Source of the DNA: an uncultured Candidatus Rokubacteria bacterium
GTDB taxonomy: Bacteria > Methylomirabilota > Methylomirabilia > Rokubacteriales > CSP1-6
Reading direction: 5' to 3'
Assembly (NCBI GenBank): GCA_963827505.1
Contig: CAWHBD010000001.1
Coordinates: forward strand, 2,310,663-2,374,662
Length of the DNA: 64,000 nt
Shown: positions 50,318 through 59,908 of the stretch, piece by piece
Numbering within the stretch: the stretch's first letter is position 1
Layout: each line of letters starts with the position of its first letter
Program-made: the position numbers and the translations under genes
Notes under the pieces: generated by a model
Told to the model about the DNA's origin: nothing
What the model saw: the letters and a program-made list of their open reading frames with translations, nothing else
The model's database searches: none

Positions 50318-51142
50318 GACAGCCACCGTTTGCGCCGGCGGTAGTGCTTGACGTCGCGGTAGCTCTTGCGCTGTCCGACGCCCGGTAGGCCCAGGTAGAA
50401 CTCCTTGATGTCCTCGTTCTCGCTGATCGTGCGCGGCGTCGCCGTCCAGCACGATGCGCCCGTTCTCCATCACGTAGCCGTGCTGGGCTACGCGCAGCGC
50501 CATCGTGGCGTTCTGCTCGGCCAGCAGCACCGCCACCCTCTCCTCGCGGTTGAGCCGGCTCACGATCTCGAAGATCTCCGCCACCAGCATGGGGGCCAGC
50601 CCCATCGACGGCTCGTCCAGCAGCATCAGCCGCGGATGGGCCATGAGGGCCCGGCCGATGGCGAGCATCTGCTGCTCGCCGCCCGAGATGTAGCCGGCCT
50701 TGACGCCCCGGCGCTGGCGTCAGCCGGGGGAAGTAGCGTATACACCAGATCGAGGTCGCGCTTGAGCGCGTCGCCGTTGCGCCGGGTGTAGCCGCCGGCC
50801 AGGAGGTTCTCCTCCACCGTCAGGTGCTCGAAGACGTGGCGGCCCTCCATCACCTGCACCACGCCCCGGCGGACGATCTCGGCGGCGCTCGCGGCGCTGG
50901 ATGGCCTCGCCCCGGAGCTCGATGCTGCCCTTGGTGACGTCGCCCCGCTCGGTCCGCAGGAGCCCGGAGATCGCCTTGAGGGTGGTGGACTTGCCGGCGC
51001 CGTTGGCCCCGAGGAGGGCGACGATGCCCCCCTCGGGGACCTGCGAGCGAGACGCCCTTCAGCACGAGGATGACGTGATCGTAGATCACCTCGATGTTGT
51101 TGACCGCCAGCAGCGGTCGGACGTCTCGCCGCGGACGCTCAC
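50314..51142 (-). pseudogene. Cassette 2: LivF-type ABC ATPase; several frame changes; start tentative
   Basis: [121 protein letters not shown], ...[18 protein letters not shown]. Confidence 0.75.
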
Positions 51143-51148
51143 GCGGTC

Positions 51149-52485
51149 CTACTTCTCCTTCGAGCAGTCCCGCGTGGTGTAGCTGAGCTTCTTGCCCTCC
51201 TCGACCGCCGCCGCCTCGAGCTTGGGCCGGACCACGTCGCGCATGGGCGCGATCCAGTCGGAGACGATCGTCCCACTTCTTGCCGTCCCACTGCTGGATC
51301 ATCACGGGGCCGTTGCCCTCGTGGTCCTCGCAGGTCACCTTGACCGGCTGGGTGAAGCCCTTCATGCCGAGCTCCTCGAGCCGCTTGCTCGGTCAGGTTC
51401 AGGTTCTCGAAGCCCCAGCGCACCTGCTCGCCGGTGGCGGCTTGTTGCCGAACTTGCCCATGGCGGTGCGGATGGCCTCGGCTGTCGAACATCGCGTTGA
51501 CGATGCCGCGGTTGTAGAGCACCTCGCCGACGGCTGTCCTTCTTGCCGGCGCCCTTGCCCTTGTCGTAGACGTGCTTGATGATGTCCTGGTGCACCTTGA
51601 AGTTCGGTGCCGGGGGCGTGGAAGGTCGCGCCCTTGTAGCCCTTGGCGCCGTCGCCGGCCGGGACCACGTCGGCCTCGCTGCGCCGACCACCAGTTGCCG
51701 ATGAAGTGGTCCATCTTGAAGCCGATGGCGGCCGCTTCCTTCACCGCCACCTGGTTCATCACGCCCCAGCCGGACATGAAGATCCAGTCGGGGTTGATGC
51801 CGCCGCACCTGCAGCCAGGTGGACTTCTGCTCCTGGCCGGGATGGTCGACCGGCGAGCAGCGTCAGCTCGAAGCCGTACTTGCGCGCCAGGTCCTCCAGG
51901 GTCGGGTTGGCTTCCTTGCCGTAGGGGCTGTTGTGGAAGACGTGGACGATCTTCTTGCCCTTCAGCTTGTCGAGCCCGCCCTCCTGCTGGCCGATGTACC
52001 GGATGACCGCGGAGGCCTGGCTCCAGTACGTGGTGGGGAAGTTGAACACCCAGGGGAACCAGCGGCCGTCGGCGGCGGCCGTCATGCCGTAGCCCATCGA
52101 GAGCACCGACGATCTTGTCGACGGCGGCCTTGGGGATGAGCTGGTAGGTGATGCCCGGTGCTGTAGGGATTGACCACGCAGCCGGCGCTCTTGCCCTTCA
52201 GCCGCTCGTAGCACTCCACGCCCTGCTTGGTGTCGTACTGGGTCTCGCACTCCTCCCACGGTGATCTTGACGCCGTTGATGCCGCCGTCGCGCTCGTTGA
52301 GCGAGCGTGAAGTAGTCGCGAAGCCGTTGGCGATCGGGATGCCGCTCGGCGCGTAGGGGCCGGTGCGGTACACCAGCAGCGGGATGAAGATGTCCTTGGC
52401 CTGGGCGGAGCACGGCGCCCGCCAGCGGCCCGGCGGCGACGGCGGCGGCCAGCGAGCGCGATCAGCAGATCTGCGTCGTCGTCAT
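51149..52485 (-). pseudogene. Cassette 2: LivK-type periplasmic substrate-binding protein; roughly a dozen frame changes
   Basis: SD AGAGGAGAGA plus the ATG at 52485 (MTTTQI...). Fragments: YRTGPYAPSGIPIANGF, ERDGGINGVKIT, ECETQYDTKQGVECYERLKGKSAGCVVNPYSTG, LSMGYGMTAAADGRWFPWVFNFPTTYWSQASAVIRYIGQQEGGLDKLKGKKIVHVFHNSPYGKEANPTLEDLARKYGFELTLLA, MSGWGVMNQVAVKEAAAIGFKMDHFIGNWWS, MKGFTQPVKVTCEDHEGNGPVMIQQWDGKKW, and the end ...SYTTRDCSKEK-TAG. Confidence 0.7.
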
Positions 52486-52506
52486 GCGGTCTCTCCTCTG
52501 TCCGGG

Positions 52507-53594
52507 TTAGTGCGGGAACGGCCACAGCCGCAGCTTTTCCTTGGTGATCTGCCAGAGCCGGGCGAGGCCGTTGCGGCTCGACGATCAGGAAGAAGACGAT
52601 CAGGCCGCCGAAGACCATCAGCTCGATCTGCTTCTGGAGCGCCATCGGCAGCGACAGGCCCAGCAGGTGGGGCGCGTTGGTGAGGAAGATCGGCACCAGC
52701 ACGATGAAGGCCGCGCCCAGGAACGAGCCGAGGATGCTGCCCAGCCCGCCGATGATGACCATGAACAGCACGAGGAACGACAGGTTGATGTCGAAGGCCA
52801 GCGTCTCCGCGCTGCCGAGGTAGAGGAACACGCAGCTCGGCCCCGGCCACGCCGCAGTAGAACGAGCTGATCGCGAAGGCCAGGAGCTTGGTCGGCAGCG
52901 GGCGGATCCCGATGATCTCGGCGGCGATGTCGCGGTCGCGGATGGCCATCCACGAGCGGCCCACCCGGCCCCGCACGAGGTTCTTGGCCACGAGCGCGAA
53001 GCACGCACCACCACGCGAGCGCGACCAGGTAGCGCACGGGCGCCGTCGCCTGGGGCCCGGTCACCATGACGCCCAGCACGGTCCGGGGCGGCGCGGTGAT
53101 GGTGCCCGACGGCGCGTAGTTCGCGAACCAGCGCCACCTTGTTGAAGAGCCAGATCAGGAAGAACTGCGCGGCCAGCGTGGCCACCGCCAGGTAGAAGCC
53201 CTTGATGCGCAGGCTGGGGATGCCGAAGAGCGACGCCCACCAGCGGCCGCGGCCAGCCCGGCCAGCAGGAAGACCACCAGGATGTTGAGCGCCGGGAAGG
53301 CGGTGGTGAGCTTGAAGCGCGGCGTAGGCGCCCACCGCCATGAAGCCGCCGGTGCCGAGCGAGAGCTGGCCGGCGTAGCCGGTGAGCAGGTTGAGCCCGA
53401 GGGCGGCCAGCGCGTAGATCAGGAACGGGATCAGCACCGCCTGCAGCCAGTACTCGCTGGCCAGCGCAGCGGCACCGCCACGAACGCCGCGCACCAGCCG
53501 CCAGCGCCATGACGACCCGATCCTGCACGATCGGGAAGATCGCCTGGTCGCCGCGTAACGTCGACTTGAACTGCCCCGCCTCGCGGTAGATCAC
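52507..53594 (-). pseudogene. Cassette 2: LivM-type ABC permease; several frame changes
   Basis: GTG 53594 opens (M)IYREAGQFKSTLRGDQAIFPIVQDRV. Further fragments: ASEYWLQAVLIPFLIYALAALGLNLLTGYAGQLSLGTGGFMAVGAYA, IKGFYLAVATLAAQFFLIWLFNKVA, SWMAIRDRDIAAEIIGIRPLPTKLLAFAISSFYCGVAGA, DINLSFLVLFMVIIGGLGSILGSFLGAAFIVLVPIF, and the end ...LRLWPFPH-TAA. Confidence 0.7.
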
Positions 53595-53624
53595 GCCGCA
53601 CCCGCAAGCACGGTCGACGCCGCG

Positions 53625-53747
53625 CTGACGGCGATGAAAACGATCCATCTGCGTCGTTGCCGACTCGCGCCTCCTGCGGCGTAGGCCGCCTACGCCGCAG
53701 TCGGCGCTCGTCGGCGCCTAGCAGATGATCGTTTTCATCGCCGTCAG
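53625..53747. repeat. Palindromic MITE/REP-like element, copy B (123 bp), between the LivH-type and LivM-type genes of cassette 2
   Basis: The 27/28-nt terminal inverted repeats are ctgacggcgatgaaaacgatccatctgc and gcagatgatcgttttcatcgccgtcag. The central hairpin is ctgcggcgtagg-ccg-cctacgccgcag. The right arm contains the LivH-type stop codon (53744-53746). Confidence 0.75.
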
Positions 53748-54683
53748 ACCCGCTCGATGATCTTTTCGCCGAACAGGCCCTGGGGCCGGACGAGCAGGAA
53801 GGCGAGGGCCAGGACGTAGGCGAACCAGTTCTCGATGGCGCCGCCGACAAGCGGGCCCCAGTACACCTCGCCGAGCTTCTCGCCCACCCCGATGATGAGC
53901 CCGCCCACGATGGCGCCCGGCACCGAGGTGAAGCCGCCCAGGATCAGCACCGGCAGGGCCTTGAGGGCGATGAGCGAGAGGCTGAACTGCACGCCGCTCT
54001 TGGCGCCCCACATGATGCCGGCCACGATGGCCACCATGCCCGGCCACCGACCACACGACCACCCAGATCGTCTTGAGCGGGATGCCGATGGACAGCGCGG
54101 CCTCGTGGTCGTCGGCCACCGCCCGCAGCGCCCGGCCGATGCGCGTGCGCTGGAAGAACACGGCCAGGATCGGCGACCAGCACCGCGGCGGTGACGGCCG
54201 CGGTCAGCTCGAGCTGGTTGATCTGGACGCCCGCCGACCATGAAGGACTTGTCGGGGATGCCGACGTCGAGCCGCTTGACGTTGGCGCCCCACACCATCT
54301 CGCCGAACCCCTCCAGGAAGAAGTTCAGCCCGATGGTGGCCATGAACAGGATGATGTGCTCCTGGTTGACGAGCGGGCGCAGCACCAGCCGCTCGATGGC
54401 GAAGGCCAGCGCGATCATCACCGCCCGTCGTCAGCACCAGCGCCACCAGCACCGGCACGCCGCGCTCGATCAGCCCGACCAGCGTCAGGGCCGCGAACAG
54501 CACCATCACGCCCTGGGCGAAGTTGAAGACGCCCGAGGCCTTGAAGATGAGGACGAAGCCCAGGGCGACCAGCGAGTACATGAGCCCGGCGGCGATCCCG
54601 CCGAGCAGCACCTCGACCAGGAAGGCCGGCGAGCCGGCCATGTCCTTGAAGGGCGCGACGAGGACGGCGGCGACGGCGTCCAC
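53744..54683 (-). pseudogene. Cassette 2: LivH-type ABC permease; at least 4 frame changes
   Basis: MAGSPAFLVEVLLGGIAAGLMYSLVALGFVLIFKASGVFNFAQGVMVLFAAL, MMIALAFAIERLVLRPLVNQEHIILFMATIGLNFFLEGFGEMVWG, FFQRTRIGRALRAVADDHEAALSIGIPLKTIWVVVWSVAG, MVAIVAGIMWGAKSGVQFSLSLIALKALPVLILGGFTSVPGAIVGGLIIGVGE...GLFGEKIIERV-TGA. Confidence 0.72.
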
Positions 54684-54685
54684 GG

Positions 54686-55487
54686 TCAGGCCGACTTCTC
54701 GTCGTGGGCGACGCCGAGGTAGGCGTCGAGCACGGCCGCGTCCTTGCGGACCTGCGTCGGGCGGCCCGTCGGCGATCTTGCGGCCGTAGTCGAGCACGAC
54801 CACGCGGTCGGAGATGTCCATCACCACGCCCATGTCGTGCTCGATCAGCGCGATGGTGGTGCCGAACTCGCCGTTGACGTCGAGGATGAAGCGGCACATG
54901 TCTTCCTTCTCCTCGACGTTCATCCCCGCCATCGGCTCGTCGAGCAGCAGGAGCTGCGGCTCGGCGGCCAGCGCCCGGGCCAGCTCCACGCGCTTCTGCA
55001 GGCCGTACGGCAGCCGGCCCGCCGGCGTCTTGCGGATGGCCTGGATCTCCAGGAAGTCGATGATGCGCTCGACGAACGCGCGGTGCTCGAGCTCCTGGCG
55101 CCGGGCCGGCCCCCACCACACGGCGTCGAGCAGGAAGCTGCCGCGCATCTTCATGAGCCGCCCGGTCATGATGTTGTCGAGCACGCTCATGCCCTGGAAC
55201 AGGGCGACGTTCTGGAAGGTGCGGGCGATGCCGAGGGCGGCGACGTCGGGCGGCCGCAGGTGCGTGCGATCGTGGCCCGCGAAGCGGATGCGGCCCTCGT
55301 ACGGATGGTAGAAGCCGCTGATGCACGTTGAGCAGCGTCGTCTTGCCGGCGCCGTTGGGCCCGATGATGGCGGCGATCTCGCCCGCGCGGGATCGTCGAG
55401 GCTCACGCGGTTGAGGGCCAGGAGCGCGCCGAAGCGGACGCTGATGCCGTCGACCTCCAGCAAGCGGGCCGGCCGGTCTCGCGTCAC
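54686..55487 (-). pseudogene. Cassette 2: LivG-type ABC ATPase; several frame changes
   Basis: GTG 55487 (GTGA overlap with the inferred ACSL stop) opens ...RLLEVDGISVRFG. Further fragments: [38 protein letters not shown]...[86 protein letters not shown], and the hand-translated end VRKDAAVLDAYLGVAHDEKSA-TGA. Confidence 0.75.
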
Positions 55488-57430
55488 CGGCGGCCAGCGC
55501 GGCACTCCCGGCGTGGATCCGACCTCGGCACGGATGGTGCCCGTCCGCCCGTCCTCGTAGGTGACCTGGGCCTCCACCGTCACGTGGTCGCGCGTCGCCG
55601 TACAGCGCCTCGATGAGCGGCGCGTACTTCTCGGCGATGTAACCCCGCCGCACCTTGCGGGTGCGGGTGATCTCCTCGTCGTCGGGATCGAGCTCCTTGT
55701 GCAGGAGCAGGAACTTGCGGATCTGCGCCCCCCGCAGCACCTCGTCCTCGGTGGCCAGGCTCCGGTTCACCCGCGCCACCTCCTGCGCGATGAGCTCGTA
55801 GACCTCGGGCTTCTGGCTGAGGTCGGTGTAGCTCGTATAGGCAATGCCCCGCCGCTCCGCCCAGTTCCCGACCGACCGCCAGGTCGATGTTGACCAGGGC
55901 GGTGACGTAGGGGCGGCCCGGGCCCAGCGCGACCGCCTCCTTGACGTAGGGCGAGAACTTCAGCTTGTTCTCGAGGTACTTGGGCGCGAACACCGTGCCG
56001 TCGGCGAGCCGGCCCAGGTCGCGGGCCCGGTCGATGATCTTCAGGTGCCCGGCCTGATCGAGGAAGCCGGCGTCGCCCGAGTGGATCCAGCCGTCCTCGA
56101 GCGTCTGCCGCGTCGCCTCGGGGTTCTTGAAGTAGCCCTGGAAGACGCCGGGGCTGCGGAACAGCACCTCGCCTGACGCCGAGATCTTGATCTCCACCCC
56201 CGGCATCGGGGTACCGACCGTGTCGAGCCGGACGTCGCCGTCCCGCTGCACGGCCACGAACACGCTGGCCTCGGTCATGCCGTATAGCTGCTTGACGTTG
56301 ATGCCGAGGGCGCGGAAGAAGACGAAGATCTCGGGGCCGATGGCCTCGCCGGCCGTGTAGGCGATGCGGATGCGCCGCATCCCCAGGTTGTCGCGCAGCG
56401 GCCCGTAGACGAGCAGCCGGCCCAGCGGCGTACAGCAGCCGCGGCAGCAGCGGCAGCGGCTGCCGGTTGAGCCGGCGGCGCTCGAGATCCTGGGCCAGGC
56501 GCAGGAAGGCATGGGTCAAGGCGCGCTTGGGCCACGCCGCATCCTCGATGCGGATCATGCACGCTGGTCAGCAGATTTTCCCAGATGCGCGGGGGCGCGA
56601 AGAAGTAGGTCGGTCCGATCTCCTTGAGGTCGTGCAGGACGGTGGCGGCGCTCTCCGGACAGTTGATGGCGAAGCCGGCCACGATGGCCTGGGCGTAGGA
56701 CAGCATGTGGTCGCCGACCCAGGCCATCGGCAGGTAGGCCAGCGCCTCATCGTCCGCGGCGCAGCCCCTCGCGCTCGGTCGCGCTCCGCGCCGTCACGAT
56801 CAGGTTGCGGTGGGACAGCATCGCGCCCTTGGGGGTGCCGGTGGTCCCCGAGGTGTAGCAGATGACCGCGGTGTCCTCGGCGCCGCCCCGCGCGACCTCG
56901 TCGTCGAAGCAGGTCGGATGGCCGAGCGCGAACTTCTCCCCGCGCTCCTCCAGCTCGGCCAGGCTCAGCAGACCCGGCTCGGAGTAGGCCCGCAGGCCGC
57001 GGGCGTCGACGTACACGATGAACTCCAGGCGGGGGCAGCGCGCGCGGACGTTGAGCAGCTTGTCGACCTGCTCCTGGTCCTCGGCCACGGCGAAGCGCGC
57101 CTCCGAGTGGTCGAGGATGTAGACCAGCTCCTTCTCGATCGAGTCCTGGTAGAGGGGGACGGGGATGCCGCCGAGGGCCTGGCTGGCCAGCACCGACCAG
57201 TACAGCTCGGGCCGGTTGTCGCCGATGACCGCCGTCACGTCACCCCGGGCGAAGCCCAGCGAGGCCAGTCCCAGCGCGATCCGGCGGCTGCGCTCGAGGT
57301 AGTCGCGCCAGGTGTAGGCCTGCCAGATGCCGAGGTCCTTCTCGCGGATCGCCACCCGGCGCGGCAGCCGCTCCGCGTTGGCAATCACGAGCTTGGGGAA
57401 TGTATCGAGCGACGAGGCCGCACTGCTCAT
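55484..57430 (-). pseudogene. Cassette 2: long-chain acyl-CoA-synthetase-like AMP-binding enzyme; many frame changes
   Basis: MSSAASSLDTFPKLVIANAERLPRRVAIREKDLGIWQAYTWRDY...[127 protein letters not shown]...GEVLFRSPGVFQGYFKNPEATRQTL...[61 protein letters not shown]. Confidence 0.75.
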
Positions 57431-57502
57431 CGTCTCTTGTGAACCTCCGCACTAAGTTGCTGCTCGTGGACTCCCGGCTCTGGCGGGCTCGTGAGTGGCG
57501 AG

Positions 57503-57531
57503 AGTGTAGCCAAGCGTCCGGGGGCTGTCAA
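57503..57531 (-). promoter_or_regulatory. Sigma-70-type promoter: TTGACA - 17 nt - TACACT, about 70-75 nt upstream of the cassette-2 start
   Basis: The minus strand reads attgcTTGACAgcccccggacgcttggcTACACTctcgcc. The -35 element is at 57526-57531 and the -10 element at 57503-57508. Confidence 0.5.
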
Positions 57532-57566
57532 GCAATTGGGTCGGTATGACGAGGACTTACGACGCG

Positions 57567-57598
57567 GGCGAGCCGGAACCTCAGGCGACCGGCTCGCC
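57567..57598 (-). terminator. 10-bp GC hairpin spanning the kinase stop codon (possible U-tract-less terminator)
   Basis: ggcgagccgg-aacctcaggcga-ccggctcgcc. No U-run follows. Confidence 0.3.
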
Positions 57599-59908
57599 GT
57601 CGAGCACGGCGCGCACCTTGCGGGCGAGCTCGTCGGGGGTGAACGGCTTGGCCAGGTAGGCCAGGCCGGTGTCGAGCACGCCATGGTGAACGATCGCGTG
57701 ATCGGTGTACCCGGACATGTAGAGGATCCGCATGTCCCGCCGGAGGGGGGACAGCCGGTCGGCGAGCTCGCGGCCGCTGCCACCGGGCATGACGACGTCG
57801 GTCAGCAGCAGGTGGATGACGGCCGGGTGAGCCGCGGCCGTCTGCATGGCCTCGTCGGGTCCGGCGGCCTGCAGCACCGAGTAGCCGCGCTCGCGAAGGA
57901 TCTCGCAGGCCAGCACCCGCACCTGCGCCTCGTCCTCCACGACCAGGACCGTCTCCCAGCCCGGCGCCACCGGCGGCAGCACGGGCTCTTCGACCGGGGC
58001 CTCCGCAGGCTCGTCGAAGACCGGCAGGCACACGCGGAAGGTGGCCCCCAGGCCCGGCTGGCTCTCGACCCACACGATCCCGCCGCTCTGCCGCACGATG
58101 CCGTACACGGTCGACAGTCCGAGGCCGGTGCCCTGCCCCGGGGCCTTGGTCGTGAAGAACGGCTCGAAGATCCGGGACACCGTCGCCGCGTCCATGCCGA
58201 CCCCGGTGTCGCTCACGGTGAGCTGCACGTGGAGGCCGACCGGCGCCCCCTCGAGGCGCCGCGCCTGGCCGGCGTCGAGCACCACCTCGGCCGTCTCCAG
58301 GGTCAGGCGGCCGCCGCGCGGCATGGCGTCGCGCGCGTTGACGGCGAGATTGACGATCACCTGCTCGATCTGGGAGAGGTCGGCCCGTACGCGCCGGACG
58401 GCGGTCAGCCGGGTGGCCAGCTCGACGTTCTCACCGATCAGCCGCCGCAGCATGGGCGTGATGCCGTCGACCACGGCGGTCAGGTCGAGGGCCTGCGGCT
58501 TGAGCACCTGCTTGCGGCTGAACGCCAGCAGCTGGCGGGTGAGGCCGGCGGCGCGCTGGGCGGTCTCCTGGATGAGCGACACGCCGCGGTGGGCCGGGGT
58601 GCCATCCGGCATGCGGGGCAGCAGGATCGCGCACCGCCCCAGGATGACCGTGAGGAGGTTGTTGAAGTCGTGGGCCACGCCGCCGGCCAGCTTGCCGACA
58701 GCTTCCATCTTCAGCGCCTGGCGCAGCTGGTCCTCGGTGCGCCCGAGGGCCTCGTCGGCCTCGCGACGCTCGAGGAAGAGGCCGATGCGACCGGCGGCGT
58801 CGGCGACGGTGGCGCGCAGGTCCTCGTCGACCTCGCGTCCCTCGGTCACGAGGACGACCACGCCCAGCACGTCGCGGGTACCGCGCAGCGGCACGGCGAG
58901 CGAGGCCACCGCGCCGGTCGCGCTCGACTGGGCCTGCCCGGACGCCCACGCCCGGCCCACGAGCCCCACCCCCCGCGCCACGGTCAGATCGCCACCGCTG
59001 ATGACCTGCTCGGCCAGGGCCAGGCCGTCGGCGCGCCACGTCCCCGCGCAGCGCAGGACGCCGGCGTCGGGGTCGACCAGCCAGCACTCGCCGCGGTCCC
59101 AGCCCAGCGTCTCGCCGAGGGCCTCGACGACGCGCGCCAGCGCCTTGCCGGGGTCGTCGGCGTCGGCCAGGATGCGCGTCACCGCGAACCGCGCGGCCTG
59201 CCGCCGCTCGGCCTCGCGCCGCTCGACCTCGCGCTGCTCGAGGTTGCCGGCCATGGTGTTGAATGCCGCCACGGTCGGCGCGATCTCCACGAAGCGGGTC
59301 AGCGGCATCCGCGCCCCGAGATCGCCGGCGCCGAAGCGGGCGGCGCTCGCGGCCAGCTCACGCACCGGCCGCAGGCCACGGCCGAGGATCACGTACATGA
59401 GCACGAGCAGCACGACCAGCAGGATGCCCTGCATCACGATGTCGGAGCGGATCTCGGTCCACACCTCGCTCTCCAGGCGGTGCGAGGCCGGGGTGACCGC
59501 CAGCACGGCGTAGACGACGGGCTCGGAAGCCAGGCGCGCGCGGTGCTCGGCCCGCTGCAGGCGCAGGGCGAAGCGCAGGATCCGGGGAGCGTCGGACTCG
59601 GGCAACCCGGCCGGGGAAGCGTCCAGCATGAGGCGCCGACCGTCGGGCTCGTAGAGCGCAACGCGCGCCCACACCACGTCCGCGTTGAGCTCGCGCAGGG
59701 TCTGCTCGGCCGTCGCCAGGTCGCCGACGATGAGGGCGTTGAGCAGCAGCGGCGTGCCCGCTGCCATCAGGCGCGTGGTCTCGGCGGCGAGGCGGGCCTC
59801 GGCCGCCTGGCTCCGCTCGTTCAGGGTCACCACCAGCTCGCCCAGGGTCACGGCCAGGATCGCGAGGCCCGTGAGGCCGAGCAGGAGGGTGCGGAGGCGG
59901 AGCCTCAC
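57581..59908 (-). CDS. Hybrid sensor histidine kinase: TM - periplasmic domain - TM - HAMP - GAF - HisKA - HATPase_c - receiver
   Basis: Intact 775 aa. H-box GVAHDFNNLL. NLAVNARDAM...DTGVGM...GTGLGLS. Receiver VLVVEDEAQVR...LLLTDVVMPGGSG...LAKPF. Confidence 0.88.
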   Translation of the reverse strand: MRLRLRTLLLGLTGLAILAVTLGELVVTLNERSQAAEARLAAETTRLMAAGTPLLLNALIVGDLATAEQTLRELNADVVWARVALYEPDGRRLMLDASPAGLPESDAPRILRFALRLQRAEHRARLASEPVVYAVLAVTPASHRLESEVWTEIRSDIVMQGILLVVLLVLMYVILGRGLRPVRELAASAARFGAGDLGARMPLTRFVEIAPTVAAFNTMAGNLEQREVERREAERRQAARFAVTRILADADDPGKALARVVEALGETLGWDRGECWLVDPDAGVLRCAGTWRADGLALAEQVISGGDLTVARGVGLVGRAWASGQAQSSATGAVASLAVPLRGTRDVLGVVVLVTEGREVDEDLRATVADAAGRIGLFLERREADEALGRTEDQLRQALKMEAVGKLAGGVAHDFNNLLTVILGRCAILLPRMPDGTPAHRGVSLIQETAQRAAGLTRQLLAFSRKQVLKPQALDLTAVVDGITPMLRRLIGENVELATRLTAVRRVRADLSQIEQVIVNLAVNARDAMPRGGRLTLETAEVVLDAGQARRLEGAPVGLHVQLTVSDTGVGMDAATVSRIFEPFFTTKAPGQGTGLGLSTVYGIVRQSGGIVWVESQPGLGATFRVCLPVFDEPAEAPVEEPVLPPVAPGWETVLVVEDEAQVRVLACEILRERGYSVLQAAGPDEAMQTAAAHPAVIHLLLTDVVMPGGSGRELADRLSPLRRDMRILYMSGYTDHAIVHHGVLDTGLAYLAKPFTPDELARKVRAVLDGEPVA

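Noticed and set aside
53718-53741. Mini-ORF ATG-AAA-ACG-ATC-ATC-TGC-TAG (MKTIIC) right after the LivH-type stop in cassette 2.
   Set aside because: It lies inside the terminal inverted repeat of the palindromic element. The equivalent arm of copy A has no ATG. This is probably fortuitous.
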